The notes under the pieces are model-generated. The model searched no databases. It was not told where the DNA came from and saw only the letters and a program-made list of their open reading frames with translations. A DNA stretch of 42,569 bases from Micrococcales bacterium (GTDB lineage Bacteria > Actinomycetota > Actinomycetes > Actinomycetales > Cellulomonadaceae), in the NCBI GenBank assembly GCA_029267995.1, contig JAJUHG010000001.1, forward strand, positions 1 to 42,569, written 5' to 3'. Each line of letters starts with the position of its first letter. Position 1 is the stretch's first letter. This document shows positions 9,247 to 24,744 of the stretch, one piece after another. The position numbers and the translations under genes are program-made.

Positions 9247-9879
9247 ATGCTGCGCATCGGGCTCACGGGTGGGATCGCCTCGGGCAAGTCGGTCGCCCTG
9301 CGACGCTTCGGCGAGCTGGGCGCCGTCGTCGTCGACCACGACCTGCTCGCGCGTGAGGCAGTCGCGCCCGGCTCGGTCGGGCTCGACGCGGTCGTCGCGG
9401 AGTTCGGCCCGGGTGTGCTCGCCGCGGACGGCACGCTCGACCGCCCCGCGCTCGCCCGCCTCGTGTTCGCCGACGACGACGCCCGGGAACGCCTCAACGC
9501 GATCGTGCACCCCGAGGTGCGCCGCCTCTCCGCCGAACGTGACGCGGAGGCGGGGGCGGCGGACGACGGCGCCGTCGTCGTGCACGACGTCCCGCTCCTC
9601 GTCGAGGTCGGGCAGGCCGAGTCCTTCCACCTCGTGGTCGTCGTCGACGCACCACCCGAGCTGCGTCTGCGGCGCCTCGTGGAAGGGCGCGGGCTGAGCG
9701 AGGAGGACGCGCGGGCACGGATCGCAGCGCAGGCCGACGACGCCGTGCGTCGCGCTGCTGCCGACGTCGTGCTCGACGGCACGGGGACCGAGGCGCAGCT
9801 GCGCGCCCAGGTCGACGCGTTGTGGGAGCGGGTCGTCGCGGAGCAGGCCGCCGAGCGAGAGGCCGGGCCGCCTCGTTAG
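9247..9879 (+). CDS. coaE: Dephospho-CoA kinase
   Basis: MLRIGLTGGIASGKS P-loop; 210 aa; conserved position after rpsA. Confidence 0.9.
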   Translation: MLRIGLTGGIASGKSVALRRFGELGAVVVDHDLLAREAVAPGSVGLDAVVAEFGPGVLAADGTLDRPALARLVFADDDARERLNAIVHPEVRRLSAERDAEAGAADDGAVVVHDVPLLVEVGQAESFHLVVVVDAPPELRLRRLVEGRGLSEEDARARIAAQADDAVRRAAADVVLDGTGTEAQLRAQVDALWERVVAEQAAEREAGPPR

Positions 9880-10913
9880 GCCGTGGCCCAGCGCACGGGA
9901 AGACCGTGCGGGGGCGCCTCGCCGAGCACCCGTTCGTGCCCGCCCGGCCACCGCCGTGCGACCACGAGGAAGCGGTGCGGCGCACCGGGCTCGGGGCGCC
10001 GCGGCTCGAAGGCCACGTGCGCGAACGGCCGGTCCTCGCGTGCGCTCGCCCCGAGGTGCTCGAGCCGGGCCGTGACTCGTCCTTGCTCGGAGCGGGTGAG
10101 GTACTGCCACATGACGGAGTGCCACACGACCGTGAGTGCACCCTCGGCGAGCTCGAGGCCCTCGAGCAGCGCGGCGGCGCTCGCGCGCACCCGCCGCACG
10201 GGTATCGAGCGGGCGAGGTCGAGCGCGCCGCGCAGCCGGGCGAGCCGCTCGGGCTGGTCGGGCCACACGTACGCCTCGAGACGCGCGGGCTCGGCGACCG
10301 GGTCGATCGGGGCGAGGTCACCCGCGACGCGCTCGACGACGTCGAGGTCGACGGGCAGGCCCGCGGGGAGGTGGTCCCAGGCCGGGTCGAGGCGCACGGG
10401 GGAGTCGCCACCCCACGTGCGCCCGTCCTCACCGGCGTAGGCGAAGCGGTCCGCGAGCAGGTTGAGCCCCGCCGAGGCCCCGACCTCCCACAGCCGCACC
10501 GGGAGGGTGCCCGCGACGTGCAGGAGCCCGCCGAGGAGCGCCGCGGAACGTCCCGGCTCGTTCGTCTGCGGGGCGCGGTCGAGGCCCGACGTGAGCAGTG
10601 CGGGGTGTTCGAGCGCGAGCTCGCGCAGGGCCGTGAACGCTCCCGCGGGGTCGCCGTCGCCGCCCGTGCTCGGGAAGTGCGCGGTGAGCGTCGGGGCGCG
10701 GCCCTCGAGGGCCAGGTGGTGGGCGGTGCCGGCGAGGCGCAGCGCGACCGCGGCCGGTCCTGGGGCGTCCGTGAACCCCGCGAGGACGCCCGCGAGGGGG
10801 CCGCGTGCCGCGACGTCGTCGGCGACGAGCTCGAGGAGAGCGCCGTAGAAGGGGGAACCGAGGGCGGCGCACGCGCGTGCCTGCTCGCGCACGTGCTCGG
10901 CGAGGGTGCTCAT
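9876..10913 (-). CDS. Conserved hypothetical protein (DUF2332-like)
   Basis: C-terminal 345 codons of the 9876..12728 minus ORF, from ATG 10913 (MSTLAEHVREQARACAALGSPFYGALLELV...). It is divergent from uvrB, as in other actinobacteria. The family assignment is from memory, not a search. Confidence 0.55.
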   Translation of the reverse strand: MSTLAEHVREQARACAALGSPFYGALLELVADDVAARGPLAGVLAGFTDAPGPAAVALRLAGTAHHLALEGRAPTLTAHFPSTGGDGDPAGAFTALRELALEHPALLTSGLDRAPQTNEPGRSAALLGGLLHVAGTLPVRLWEVGASAGLNLLADRFAYAGEDGRTWGGDSPVRLDPAWDHLPAGLPVDLDVVERVAGDLAPIDPVAEPARLEAYVWPDQPERLARLRGALDLARSIPVRRVRASAAALLEGLELAEGALTVVWHSVMWQYLTRSEQGRVTARLEHLGASAREDRPFAHVAFEPRRPEPGAPHRFLVVARRWPGGHERVLGEAPPHGLPVRWATA

Positions 10914-10933
10914 CGTCGGCCACGGTACGCCGG

Positions 10934-10955
10934 TGTCAGCGGCGCGGCGTAGCGT
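10934..10955 (+). promoter_or_regulatory. RecA-NDp/PafBC-type promoter motif upstream of uvrB (TGTCAGCG-N8-TAGCGT)
   Basis: TGTCAGCG at 10934-10941, an 8 nt spacer, TAGCGT at 10950-10955, then 6 nt to ATG 10962. Confidence 0.5.
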
Positions 10956-10961
10956 TGAGGC

Positions 10962-13043
<2,082 letters not shown>

Positions 13044-13084
13044 GCCTCGCGCGTGCGCGCTGCGCGTGGCGTATGCTGAGCGAC

Positions 13085-13190
13085 TTGGAGGGGAGTAGCC
13101 CCCGCGGTGGTGTCGTCATCACGGCCCGTGCGACCATGGGCCCGGTGCCACCGGTCGTCGCCCGCACGCGACGGCGGGCGAGACCTCCGG
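13085..13190 (+). ncRNA. yybP-ykoY manganese riboswitch (cis-regulatory leader of terC)
   Basis: The conserved GGGGAGUAGC core is at 13090-13099 and GGCGAGACCUCC at 13177-13188. The P1 helix pairs GGAGG (13087-13091) with CCUCC (13184-13188). This matches the L. lactis aptamer ends (AAAGGGGAGUAGCG...GCAAGACCUUU) and sits upstream of a TerC-family gene, the canonical context. Confidence 0.85.
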
Positions 13191-13211
13191 AACCCGAACC
13201 TGTTCCGGAGG
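13184..13211 (+). promoter_or_regulatory. SD-sequestering hairpin (riboswitch expression platform)
   Basis: CCTCCGGAAC (13184-13193) pairs perfectly with GTTCCGGAGG (13202-13211). The 3' arm contains the SD GGAGG, 7 nt before ATG 13219. The 5' arm is shared with aptamer helix P1. Confidence 0.65.
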
Positions 13212-13218
13212 CTCTTGC

Positions 13219-14319
13219 ATGCACGTCCCGCTCTGGGTGTGGCTCGCCACGTCCGCCGTCTTCCTCGGGCTGTTCATCTTCGACTTCTACGCCCACGTGC
13301 GCACCCCCCACGAACCGACGTTCCGAGAGTCGGCGACGTGGTCGGCGTTCTACGTCGGGCTCGCGATCGTCTTCGGGGTGGGCCTGGGCCTCGTGTGGGA
13401 CTGGGGGCACGGCTCGGAGTACTTCGCGGGCTACGTGACCGAGAAGAGTCTCTCGGTCGACAACCTCTTCGTCTTCCTCATCATCATGACGAAGTTCGCG
13501 GTGCCACGGATCTACCAGCAGAAGGTGCTTCTCGTGGGCGTCGCGATCGCGCTCGTGCTGCGCACCGTGTTCATCCTCCTGGGCGCCGCCGCGATCTCGA
13601 ACTTCTCGTGGGTGTTCTACCTCTTCGGGGCATTCCTCGTGTACACCGCGATCAAGCTCGCGCGCGAGGACCACGACAGCGAGCCGGTCGAGGAGTTCAA
13701 GGAGAACCGCCTCGTGCGCACGCTGCGCCGGGTCATGCCGACCACGACCGAGTACCACGAGGACCGTCTCACGGTGCGCACGAACGGCACGCGGTTCGTC
13801 ACCCCGATGCTCATCGTCATGGTCGCGATCGGGAGCACCGACGTGCTGTTCGCGCTCGACTCGATCCCGGCGATCTTCGGCCTGACGAAGGAGCCGTACA
13901 TCGTCTTCACGACGAACGCCTTCGCGCTGCTCGGCCTGCGCCAGCTCTACGTCCTCATCGGAGGGCTGCTCACGCGGCTCGTGTACCTGTCGGAGGGGCT
14001 CTCGGTCATCCTCGGCTTCATCGGGGTCAAGATGATCCTCGAGGCGCTGCACACCAACGAGCTCGCGTTCCTCAACGGCGGTGAGCCCGTCGCGTGGGCG
14101 CCCGAGGTGCCGATCTGGTTCTCCCTCGGGTTCATCCTGATGACCCTCACGGTCGCGACGGTTGCGAGCCTTCTCGTGACGCGCAGCAGGGCTCGGGCGG
14201 CCCTCGCGGGGGCCGGTCAGGCGCCCGCGGTCTCTGCGACGAGCCCCGCGGCCGTCACGGCGGGCACGCCCGCGACGGCACCGACACCGGCCGCGGAGCC
14301 CGACGAGCAGCACCGCTGA
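13219..14319 (+). CDS. TerC-family integral membrane protein (putative Mn2+ exporter)
   Basis: 366 aa, multi-TM, with TerC signatures (EKSLSVDNLFVFLII, DSIPAIFG). Confidence 0.9.
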   Translation: MHVPLWVWLATSAVFLGLFIFDFYAHVRTPHEPTFRESATWSAFYVGLAIVFGVGLGLVWDWGHGSEYFAGYVTEKSLSVDNLFVFLIIMTKFAVPRIYQQKVLLVGVAIALVLRTVFILLGAAAISNFSWVFYLFGAFLVYTAIKLAREDHDSEPVEEFKENRLVRTLRRVMPTTTEYHEDRLTVRTNGTRFVTPMLIVMVAIGSTDVLFALDSIPAIFGLTKEPYIVFTTNAFALLGLRQLYVLIGGLLTRLVYLSEGLSVILGFIGVKMILEALHTNELAFLNGGEPVAWAPEVPIWFSLGFILMTLTVATVASLLVTRSRARAALAGAGQAPAVSATSPAAVTAGTPATAPTPAAEPDEQHR

Positions 14320-14326
14320 GCAGGAG

Positions 14327-15022
14327 TCACCAGCCGCGTCCGCGCCATTGCGCGAGCGCGGGGCGCTCGGCGCCGAGCGTCGTGTCGCGGCCGTGCCCGG
14401 GATAGATCCACGTCTCGTCGTCGAACCGCGCGAAGAGGCGCTCGGTGACGTCCGCGAGCAGCTGTGCGAAGCGCTCAGGGTCGCGGTCGGTGTTGCCGAC
14501 GCCGCCGGGGAAGAGCGAGTCACCGGTGAAGACGTGAGCGCGCCCCGCCCGCGCGTCGGGTTCGCGGGCGTCGCTCGGTTCGCGCAGCACGAGCGCGACC
14601 GAGCCGGGCGTGTGCCCGCGCAGGGCGACGACCTCGAGGCGCAGCGCCCCGAGCTCGATCGTCTCCCCGCCCGCGAGCGGGACGTCGGTCGGCACGGGGA
14701 TGCCGGGGGCGTCGGCGACTCCCGCGTAGGTCCGCGCGCCGGTCGCGGCGACGAGCTCGGCGAGCGCGCCGTGGTGGTCGCGGTGCTCGTGGGTCGTGAC
14801 GACCGCGTCGAGCCGACCCTCGGGGGATCCCTCGCGCACGAGCTCGAGGAGCCGCTCGGGCTCGGCAGCGGCGTCGACGAGCAGCTGCGCGCCCGTGGTC
14901 CGGCACGACAAGAGGTAGGCGTTGTTGTCCATGGGCCCGACCGAGAGCTTGCGCACGACGGCGGCGTCGAGGGTGCGCACGGCGCTCGGCCCGCCGGGGG
15001 ACACGGATCCGGAGTAGCTCAT
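14327..15022 (-). CDS. MBL-fold metallo-hydrolase
   Basis: 231 aa with the HxHxDH motif (THEHRDHHG); glyoxalase II-like length. Confidence 0.85.
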   Translation of the reverse strand: MSYSGSVSPGGPSAVRTLDAAVVRKLSVGPMDNNAYLLSCRTTGAQLLVDAAAEPERLLELVREGSPEGRLDAVVTTHEHRDHHGALAELVAATGARTYAGVADAPGIPVPTDVPLAGGETIELGALRLEVVALRGHTPGSVALVLREPSDAREPDARAGRAHVFTGDSLFPGGVGNTDRDPERFAQLLADVTERLFARFDDETWIYPGHGRDTTLGAERPALAQWRGRGW

Positions 15023-15048
15023 GGGCTCCAGTCTGGCCGAGCGCAGCG

Positions 15049-15064
15049 TCGTACAGGTGTACGA
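15049..15064. promoter_or_regulatory. 16 bp palindrome TCGTACA-GG-TGTACGA (LexA-box-like candidate operator)
   Basis: Perfect 7 bp inverted arms read directly. It resembles the actinobacterial SOS box TCGAAC-N4-GTTCGA, with a symmetric A-to-T / T-to-A change in both half sites. Confidence 0.35.
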
Positions 15065-15086
15065 TGTCGGGGTGTCGACCTACCAT
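15065..15086 (+). promoter_or_regulatory. RecA-NDp/PafBC-type promoter motif upstream of uvrA (TGTCGGGG-N8-TACCAT)
   Basis: TGTCGGGG at 15065-15072, an 8 nt spacer, TACCAT at 15081-15086, then 6 nt to GTG 15093. Confidence 0.5.
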
Positions 15087-15092
15087 CGAGTC

Positions 15093-17963
<2,871 letters not shown>

Positions 17964-17984
17964 CCGGCCCGAGCTCGGCGAGCG

Positions 17985-18494
17985 TCACCCCGGCAGGGCG
18001 ACCTCGCGCTCGAGCGGGACGGGATCGACGTGCACCGGGAAGTTGACCGAGCGCGCGATGAAGCAGTGCTGATGGGCGTTGTCGTGCACCGAACGGACGA
18101 GCGCGTCGGTCACGGGCTCGCCCGAACGCGTCGTCGGCGAGCGCAGGGCGATCCGGGGCCGCAGCACGACGTCGGTGAACTGGCCCGCACCCTGCGACTC
18201 GATCCGCATGCGCCCGCTCGGTTGGTCGACGTACTCGACGACCGTGATCCCCTCGGCCGAGGCGAGGTGCAGGAACCACAGCATGTGGCACTGCGAGAGC
18301 GAGGTGACGAGCAGCTCCTCGGGCGTGAAGCGGTCCGGCGACCCGCGGAAGGCGGGGTCCGAGGTGCCGAGCAGGACGGGCTTGCCGGGCAGCGCGACCT
18401 CGTGGTCGCGGCTGTAGGACGTGTAGCTCGCGGTGCCGGACTCGCCGGCGCCCGTCCAGGTGACCGTCGCGGTGTACGTGTGCAGAGGGCCCAT
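17985..18494 (-). CDS. OsmC/Ohr-family protein
   Basis: 169 aa with an OsmC-like pattern (SPEELLVTSLSQCHMLWFL ... HQHCFIARS), including the two conserved Cys. Confidence 0.85.
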   Translation of the reverse strand: MGPLHTYTATVTWTGAGESGTASYTSYSRDHEVALPGKPVLLGTSDPAFRGSPDRFTPEELLVTSLSQCHMLWFLHLASAEGITVVEYVDQPSGRMRIESQGAGQFTDVVLRPRIALRSPTTRSGEPVTDALVRSVHDNAHQHCFIARSVNFPVHVDPVPLEREVALPG

Positions 18495-18520
18495 GTCCTG
18501 ACGCTACCCGCTCGGCTCGC

Positions 18521-18542
18521 CGTCGTGGGCCTTCATTAGGCT
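18521..18542 (+). promoter_or_regulatory. -10 TAGGCT with a weak upstream TGTC-like element (CGTCGTGG) for uvrC
   Basis: TAGGCT at 18537-18542, then 6 nt to ATG 18549. The upstream 8-mer matches only 5 of 8 positions of TGTCGGTG. Confidence 0.35.
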
Positions 18543-18548
18543 GGACGC

Positions 18549-20510
18549 ATGGCTGACCCCGCGACGTACCGCCCGAGGCCGGGCGACATCCCGACGTCGC
18601 CCGGCGTGTACCGCTTCCTCGACCCCGAGGGGCGGGTCGTCTACGTCGGCAAGGCCAAGAATCTGCGAGCGCGCCTGTCGAGCTACTTCCAGGACGTCGC
18701 GAACCTGCACCAGCGCACCCAGACGATGCTCACGACGGCGTCCTCGGTCCAGTGGACCGTCGTGGGCACCGAGGTCGAGGCGCTCGCGCTCGAGTACTCG
18801 TGGATCAAGGAGTTCGACCCGCGGTTCAACGTCAAGTACCGCGACGACAAGTCCTACCCCTTCCTCGCGGTCACGCTCGGCGAGGAGGTCCCGCGGGTCC
18901 AGGTCATGCGGGGCGCCAAGCGCAAGGGCACGCGCTACTTCGGGCCCTACGCGCACGCGTGGGCGATCCGCGAGACGGTCGACCTGCTGCTGCGGGTCTT
19001 CCCCGTGCGCACGTGCTCGGCGGGCGTGTACCGCCGCGCCCAGCAGCAGGGACGCCCGTGCCTGCTCGGCTACATCGACAAGTGCTCGGCGCCGTGCGTC
19101 GGGCGCATCTCGGTCGAGGACCACCGCGCGCTCGCCGAGGACTTCTGCGACTTCATGGCCGGGGACACCGCGCGCTTCGTGCGCGACCTCACCGCGCGGA
19201 TGCAGGCTGCGTCCGAGGAGCTCGACTTCGAGACCGCGGCGCGCCTGCGCGACGACATCGCGGCTCTCGAGCGTGCGACCGAGAAGAACGCCGTCGTGCT
19301 CGGGGACGGGACGGACGCCGACGTCTTCGGTCTCGTGGGCGACGAGCTCGAGGCGGCCGTCCAGGTGTTCCACGTGCGTGGTGGGCGCATCCGTGGTCAG
19401 CGGGGCTGGATCGTGGAGAAGGTCGAGGACGCGAGCGACGCCGAGCTCGTCGAGCACCTCCTGCAGCAGGTCTACGGTGCGGCGGCAGAGGACGCCGACG
19501 CCGCGCGCTCGGTCCCGCGCGAGGTCCTCGTGCCTGTCCTGCCGCCCGAGCCAGACCAGGTCACGACGTGGCTCACGGGGCTGCGTGGCTCGCGCGTGAG
19601 CGTCCGCGTGCCCCAGCGCGGGGACAAGCGCGAGCTCGCCGAGACGGTGCGCAAGAACGCCGAGCAGGCGCTCGCGCTGCACCGCACGCGACGCGCGGGC
19701 GACCTCACGACGCGCAGCCAGGCGCTCCAGGAGATCCAGGAAGCCCTCGAGCTGCCGAGCGCGCCGCTGCGCATCGAGTGCTACGACGTGTCGACCACGA
19801 TGGGCACGCACCAGATGGCCTCGATGGTCGTGTTCGAGGACGGTCTCGCGCGCAAGCCCGAGTACCGCACCTTCGCGGTACGCGGGTCGGACGGGCAGGG
19901 CGCACGCGACGACACCGCAGCGATCTACGAGGTCCTGACCCGGCGGTTCCGCAGGTACCTCAAGGAGCGGGACGTCTCCTCGGACGTCGAGCTCGACGAC
20001 GCCGAACCGACCTCGGGTCCCGTCGACGAGGAGGGGCGTCCCAAGCGGTTCTCGTACTCGCCGAACCTCGTCGTCGTCGACGGCGGCGCGCCCCAGGTCG
20101 CCGCGGCGGCGCGCGCGCTCGCCGATCTCGGGATCGACGACGTCGCGCTGTGCGGGCTCGCGAAGCGGCACGAGGAGGTGTGGCTCCCGGGGGAGGAGTT
20201 CCCCGTGATCCTCCCGCGCGCCTCGGAGGGCCTCTACCTCATGCAACGAATCCGCGACGAGGCGCACCGCTTCGCGATCCAGGCGCACCGCCGGCGTCGC
20301 TCGAGGGCGATGACGACCTCAGCCCTCGACGACGTACCCGGGCTCGGCCCGGTGCGCAAGGCGGCCCTGCTCAAGCACTTCGGCTCGCTCAAGCGCCTGC
20401 GTGCAGCCTCGGTCGAGGAGATCGCGACCGTTCCGGGCATGGGCAAGGCCTCCGCGGCCGCCGTCGTCGCGGCGCTCGCCCCGCGCGAGGAGCAGCCCGC
20501 ACGCGACTGA
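18549..20510 (+). CDS. uvrC: Excinuclease ABC subunit C
   Basis: 653 aa with a GIY-YIG N-terminus ([23 protein letters not shown]), a UVR domain, and C-terminal endonuclease and HhH regions. Confidence 0.95.
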   Translation: MADPATYRPRPGDIPTSPGVYRFLDPEGRVVYVGKAKNLRARLSSYFQDVANLHQRTQTMLTTASSVQWTVVGTEVEALALEYSWIKEFDPRFNVKYRDDKSYPFLAVTLGEEVPRVQVMRGAKRKGTRYFGPYAHAWAIRETVDLLLRVFPVRTCSAGVYRRAQQQGRPCLLGYIDKCSAPCVGRISVEDHRALAEDFCDFMAGDTARFVRDLTARMQAASEELDFETAARLRDDIAALERATEKNAVVLGDGTDADVFGLVGDELEAAVQVFHVRGGRIRGQRGWIVEKVEDASDAELVEHLLQQVYGAAAEDADAARSVPREVLVPVLPPEPDQVTTWLTGLRGSRVSVRVPQRGDKRELAETVRKNAEQALALHRTRRAGDLTTRSQALQEIQEALELPSAPLRIECYDVSTTMGTHQMASMVVFEDGLARKPEYRTFAVRGSDGQGARDDTAAIYEVLTRRFRRYLKERDVSSDVELDDAEPTSGPVDEEGRPKRFSYSPNLVVVDGGAPQVAAAARALADLGIDDVALCGLAKRHEEVWLPGEEFPVILPRASEGLYLMQRIRDEAHRFAIQAHRRRRSRAMTTSALDDVPGLGPVRKAALLKHFGSLKRLRAASVEEIATVPGMGKASAAAVVAALAPREEQPARD

Positions 20511-20545
20511 GCCCGAGTCCTGGGGGCGGCTGGCATGCTGGAGGC

Positions 20546-21484
20546 ATGACGAGCGAGCCTTCTCCCGACACCGTGCCCCACGGCATCCCGGCCCTCGACG
20601 AGCAGGCGACCAAGCCGCAGCGCTCGGCGCCCGAGGTGCTCATCATCACGGGTATGTCCGGCGCGGGCCGCACCCGCGCGGCAGCGGTCCTCGAGGACAT
20701 GGACTGGTACGTCGTGGACAACCTTCCCGCGCAGATGCTCTCGCACCTCGTGGGCATGATGACGCACGGGGTCGGGGGAGTGCGGCGCCTCGCGGCGGTC
20801 GTCGACGTGCGCGGCCGGGAGTTCTTCGCGGACCTCACGCCCGTGCTCGCCTCCTTGCGCGCCGCCGGGACGGACTACCAGATCCTCTTCCTCGACGCCT
20901 CGGACGAGGTTCTCGTGCGCCGGTACGAGCAGGTGCGCCGCCCGCACCCGCTCCAGGGCGAGGGGCGGATCCTCGACGGGATCGCGGCCGAGCGCGAGCT
21001 GCTCGAGGCGGTGCGCGAGCGGGCCGACATCTTCATCGACACCTCCGAGCTGTCCGTCCACGACCTCGCGCGCGAGGTTCGCGCCGCGGTCACCTCGGGT
21101 CCCGAGGAGGCGCTGCGCGTCAACGTCGTGTCTTTCGGCTTCAAGTACGGCATCCCGCTCGACGCGGACCACGTGATCGACATGCGCTTCCTCGCGAACC
21201 CCTTCTGGGTCCCCGAGCTGCGCCACCTCACGGGCCGCGACGAGCCGGTGCGCGACTACGTGCTCGGGCTGCCCGGCGCGCAGACCTTCATCGAGCGGTA
21301 CGTCGCGGCCCTCGAGCCCGTGCTCGCGGGCTACCTCAACGAGGAGAAGAGGTACGTGACGATCGCGGTCGGCTGCACCGGCGGCAAGCACCGCTCGGTC
21401 GCGGTGAGCGAGGCCCTCGGGACGCTCCTGCGCGAGCAGGGCCACCGGGTGACCGTGACGGACCGCGACCTCGGCAAGGAGTGA
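20546..21484 (+). CDS. rapZ: RNase adapter / nucleotide-binding protein RapZ (YvcJ family)
   Basis: MTSEPS...VLIITGMSGAGRTRAA P-loop and C-terminal CTGGKHRSV motif; conserved uvrC-rapZ-yvcK-whiA order. Confidence 0.9.
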   Translation: MTSEPSPDTVPHGIPALDEQATKPQRSAPEVLIITGMSGAGRTRAAAVLEDMDWYVVDNLPAQMLSHLVGMMTHGVGGVRRLAAVVDVRGREFFADLTPVLASLRAAGTDYQILFLDASDEVLVRRYEQVRRPHPLQGEGRILDGIAAERELLEAVRERADIFIDTSELSVHDLAREVRAAVTSGPEEALRVNVVSFGFKYGIPLDADHVIDMRFLANPFWVPELRHLTGRDEPVRDYVLGLPGAQTFIERYVAALEPVLAGYLNEEKRYVTIAVGCTGGKHRSVAVSEALGTLLREQGHRVTVTDRDLGKE

Positions 21485-21486
21485 GC

Positions 21487-22464
21487 GTGGCGCTCCTGAC
21501 CGCACCAGGACCGCACGTCGTCGCACTCGGCGGGGGGCACGGGCTCTCGGCGTCGCTCGCGGCCCTGCGGCGCATCACCGACCGCATCACCGCGGTCGTC
21601 ACGGTCGCCGACGACGGCGGTTCCTCGGGTCGCCTGCGCACCGAGCTCGGTGTGCTCCCCCCGGGGGACCTGCGCATGGCGCTGTCCGCGCTGTGCGACG
21701 ACTCCGAGTGGGGGCGCACGTGGCGCGACCTGCTGCAGTACCGCTTCACCTCGCACGGGGACCTCGACCAGCACGCGATGGGCAACCTGCTGATCGTCGC
21801 GCTGTGGAACCAGCTCGGTGACACCGTCACGGGGCTCGACTGGGTGGGCCGGCTCCTCGGGGCGCGCGGGCGGGTGCTGCCGATGGCCTCGGTCCCGCTC
21901 GAGATCGAGGCGGACGTCGTCGGGGACGACGGCTCGCGTGCGCTCGTGCGCGGGCAGAGCTCGGTCGCGACCGCGCGGGGCCGCATCGAGCACGTGCGTC
22001 TCGTCCCGGGTGCCCCGCCCGCGTGCCCCGAGGCGGTCGACGCGGTGTTCGAGGCGGACTGGGTCGTGCTCGGCCCGGGCTCGTGGTACACCTCGGTCCT
22101 GCCTCACCTGCTCGTGCCGGACCTTGCCGACGCGCTCCTGACCACGAGCGCGCGGCGGCTCGTCAACCTCAACCTTGCGCCTGCGGGCGAGGTCGAGACG
22201 GCGGGGATGGGGGCGACCGAGCTGCTCGAGGTGATCGGTGACCACGCGCCCGCGATGCGCATCGACGTCGTGATCGCCGACCCCGGCTCGGTCGAGGACG
22301 TGCACGCGCTCGAGAAGCGTTCGGAGTCGCTCGGCGCGCGCCTCTTGCTGCGCCAGGTCGGGGCGGGTGACGGCTCGCCGCGCCACGACCCGCTCCGGCT
22401 CGCCGCAGCGTTCGGCGACGCCTTCGAGACCTTCCTGGGCGACGTCGGAACCTCGGTGCGGTAG
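21487..22464 (+). CDS. yvcK: YvcK/CofD-family gluconeogenesis factor
   Basis: [18 protein letters not shown]...[15 protein letters not shown] signature. GTG 21487 lies 6 nt after AAGGAG; GTG 21481 is an alternative. Confidence 0.9.
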   Translation: MALLTAPGPHVVALGGGHGLSASLAALRRITDRITAVVTVADDGGSSGRLRTELGVLPPGDLRMALSALCDDSEWGRTWRDLLQYRFTSHGDLDQHAMGNLLIVALWNQLGDTVTGLDWVGRLLGARGRVLPMASVPLEIEADVVGDDGSRALVRGQSSVATARGRIEHVRLVPGAPPACPEAVDAVFEADWVVLGPGSWYTSVLPHLLVPDLADALLTTSARRLVNLNLAPAGEVETAGMGATELLEVIGDHAPAMRIDVVIADPGSVEDVHALEKRSESLGARLLLRQVGAGDGSPRHDPLRLAAAFGDAFETFLGDVGTSVR

Positions 22465-22481
22465 ATGGCAGGATGTCCGCC

Positions 22482-23465
22482 ATGGCTGCTCTGACGGCAC
22501 AGGTGAAGGACGAGCTGGCTCGCGTCAAGATCGACAAGACGTCGTGCCGCAAGGCTGAGGTCTCGGCGATGCTGCGCTTCGCAGGAGGCCTGCACATCAT
22601 CTCCGGGCGCATCGTGATCGAGGCCGAGCTCGACACCGCGATCGCCGCACGCCGCCTGCGCACGACCCTCGCGGAGGTCTACGGGCACGAGAGCGAGATC
22701 ATCGTCGTCGCCCCCTCGGGGCTGCGGAAGGGCACGCGCTACGTCGTGCGGGTCATCAAGGACGGTGAGTCGCTCGCGCGGCAGACCGGTCTGCTCGACA
22801 ACCGGGGCCGCCCTGTGCGCGGACTGCCGCCGCAGGTCGTCTCGGCCGGGGTCGCGGAGGCCGAGGCGGCGTGGCGCGGGGCGTTCCTCGCGCACGGCTC
22901 GCTCACCGAACCGGGACGCTCGTCGTCGCTCGAGATCACGTGCCCGGGCCCCGAGGCGGCGCTCGCCCTCGTCGGGGCGGCCCGGCGCCTCGGGATCGCT
23001 GCGAAGTCGCGCGAGGTGCGCGGGGTCGACCGCGTGGTCATCCGCGACGGCGACTCGATCGCGCAGCTGCTCGCGCGGCTGGGTGCGCACGACGCGCTCA
23101 TGGAGTGGGAGGAGCGACGTCTGCGCCGCGAGGTGCACGGCACCGCGAACCGGCTTGCGAACTTCGACGACGCGAACCTGCGTCGTTCGGCACGTGCCGC
23201 GGTCGCGGCAGGGGCCCGGGTCGAGCGTGCCTTCGAGATCCTCGGCGACGACGTCCCCGAGCACCTGCGCGAGGCGGGCGAGCTGCGCCTGGCCAACAAG
23301 GAGGCCTCGCTCGAGGAGCTCGGCAGGCTCGCGGACCCGCCCCTGACGAAGGACGCGGTCGCGGGTCGGATCCGTCGGCTGCTCGCGACCGCGGACAAGC
23401 GCGCGGCTGAGCTCGGGATCCCCGACACCGAGGCGAGCCTCACGCCGGACCTGCTCGACCTGTAG
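22482..23465 (+). CDS. whiA: DNA-binding sporulation/cell-division regulator WhiA
   Basis: [15 protein letters not shown]...LRFAGGLHI matches the WhiA N-terminus, with a C-terminal HTH. An in-frame ATG at 22473 is an alternative start. Confidence 0.92.
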   Translation: MAALTAQVKDELARVKIDKTSCRKAEVSAMLRFAGGLHIISGRIVIEAELDTAIAARRLRTTLAEVYGHESEIIVVAPSGLRKGTRYVVRVIKDGESLARQTGLLDNRGRPVRGLPPQVVSAGVAEAEAAWRGAFLAHGSLTEPGRSSSLEITCPGPEAALALVGAARRLGIAAKSREVRGVDRVVIRDGDSIAQLLARLGAHDALMEWEERRLRREVHGTANRLANFDDANLRRSARAAVAAGARVERAFEILGDDVPEHLREAGELRLANKEASLEELGRLADPPLTKDAVAGRIRRLLATADKRAAELGIPDTEASLTPDLLDL

Positions 23466-23538
23466 CCCCAGGACCGTGGCCTGCGCGCACGTCCCGGCGG
23501 GTGACCAAGGTCCCCGTCGCGAGCCTCTTGCGGTATAG

Positions 23539-24654
<1,116 letters not shown>

Positions 24655-24679
24655 CCGCTCACCCAGCTCAGCAGGACCT

Positions 24680-24721
24680 GACGGCGTGGGTGCGTGCGCA
24701 GACCGCACGCCCCACGCCGTC
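24680..24721 (+). terminator. Long intercistronic stem-loop between gap and pgk (attenuator or stabiliser candidate)
   Basis: GACGGCGTGGG(T)GCGTGC / loop GCAGACC / GCACGCCCCACGCCGTC: about 17 bp with one bulge and no clear U-tract. Confidence 0.4.
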
Positions 24722-24744
24722 GTGTCGTCACGGGAAGGAAAGCC

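Noticed and set aside
15021-15092. ATG 15021 as the uvrA start (track ORF 15021..17963).
   Set aside because: The extension has no counterpart in the UvrA N-terminus, overlaps the MBL gene start, and would be encoded through the palindrome and the TGTC-N8-TACCAT promoter. GTG 15093 is preferred.
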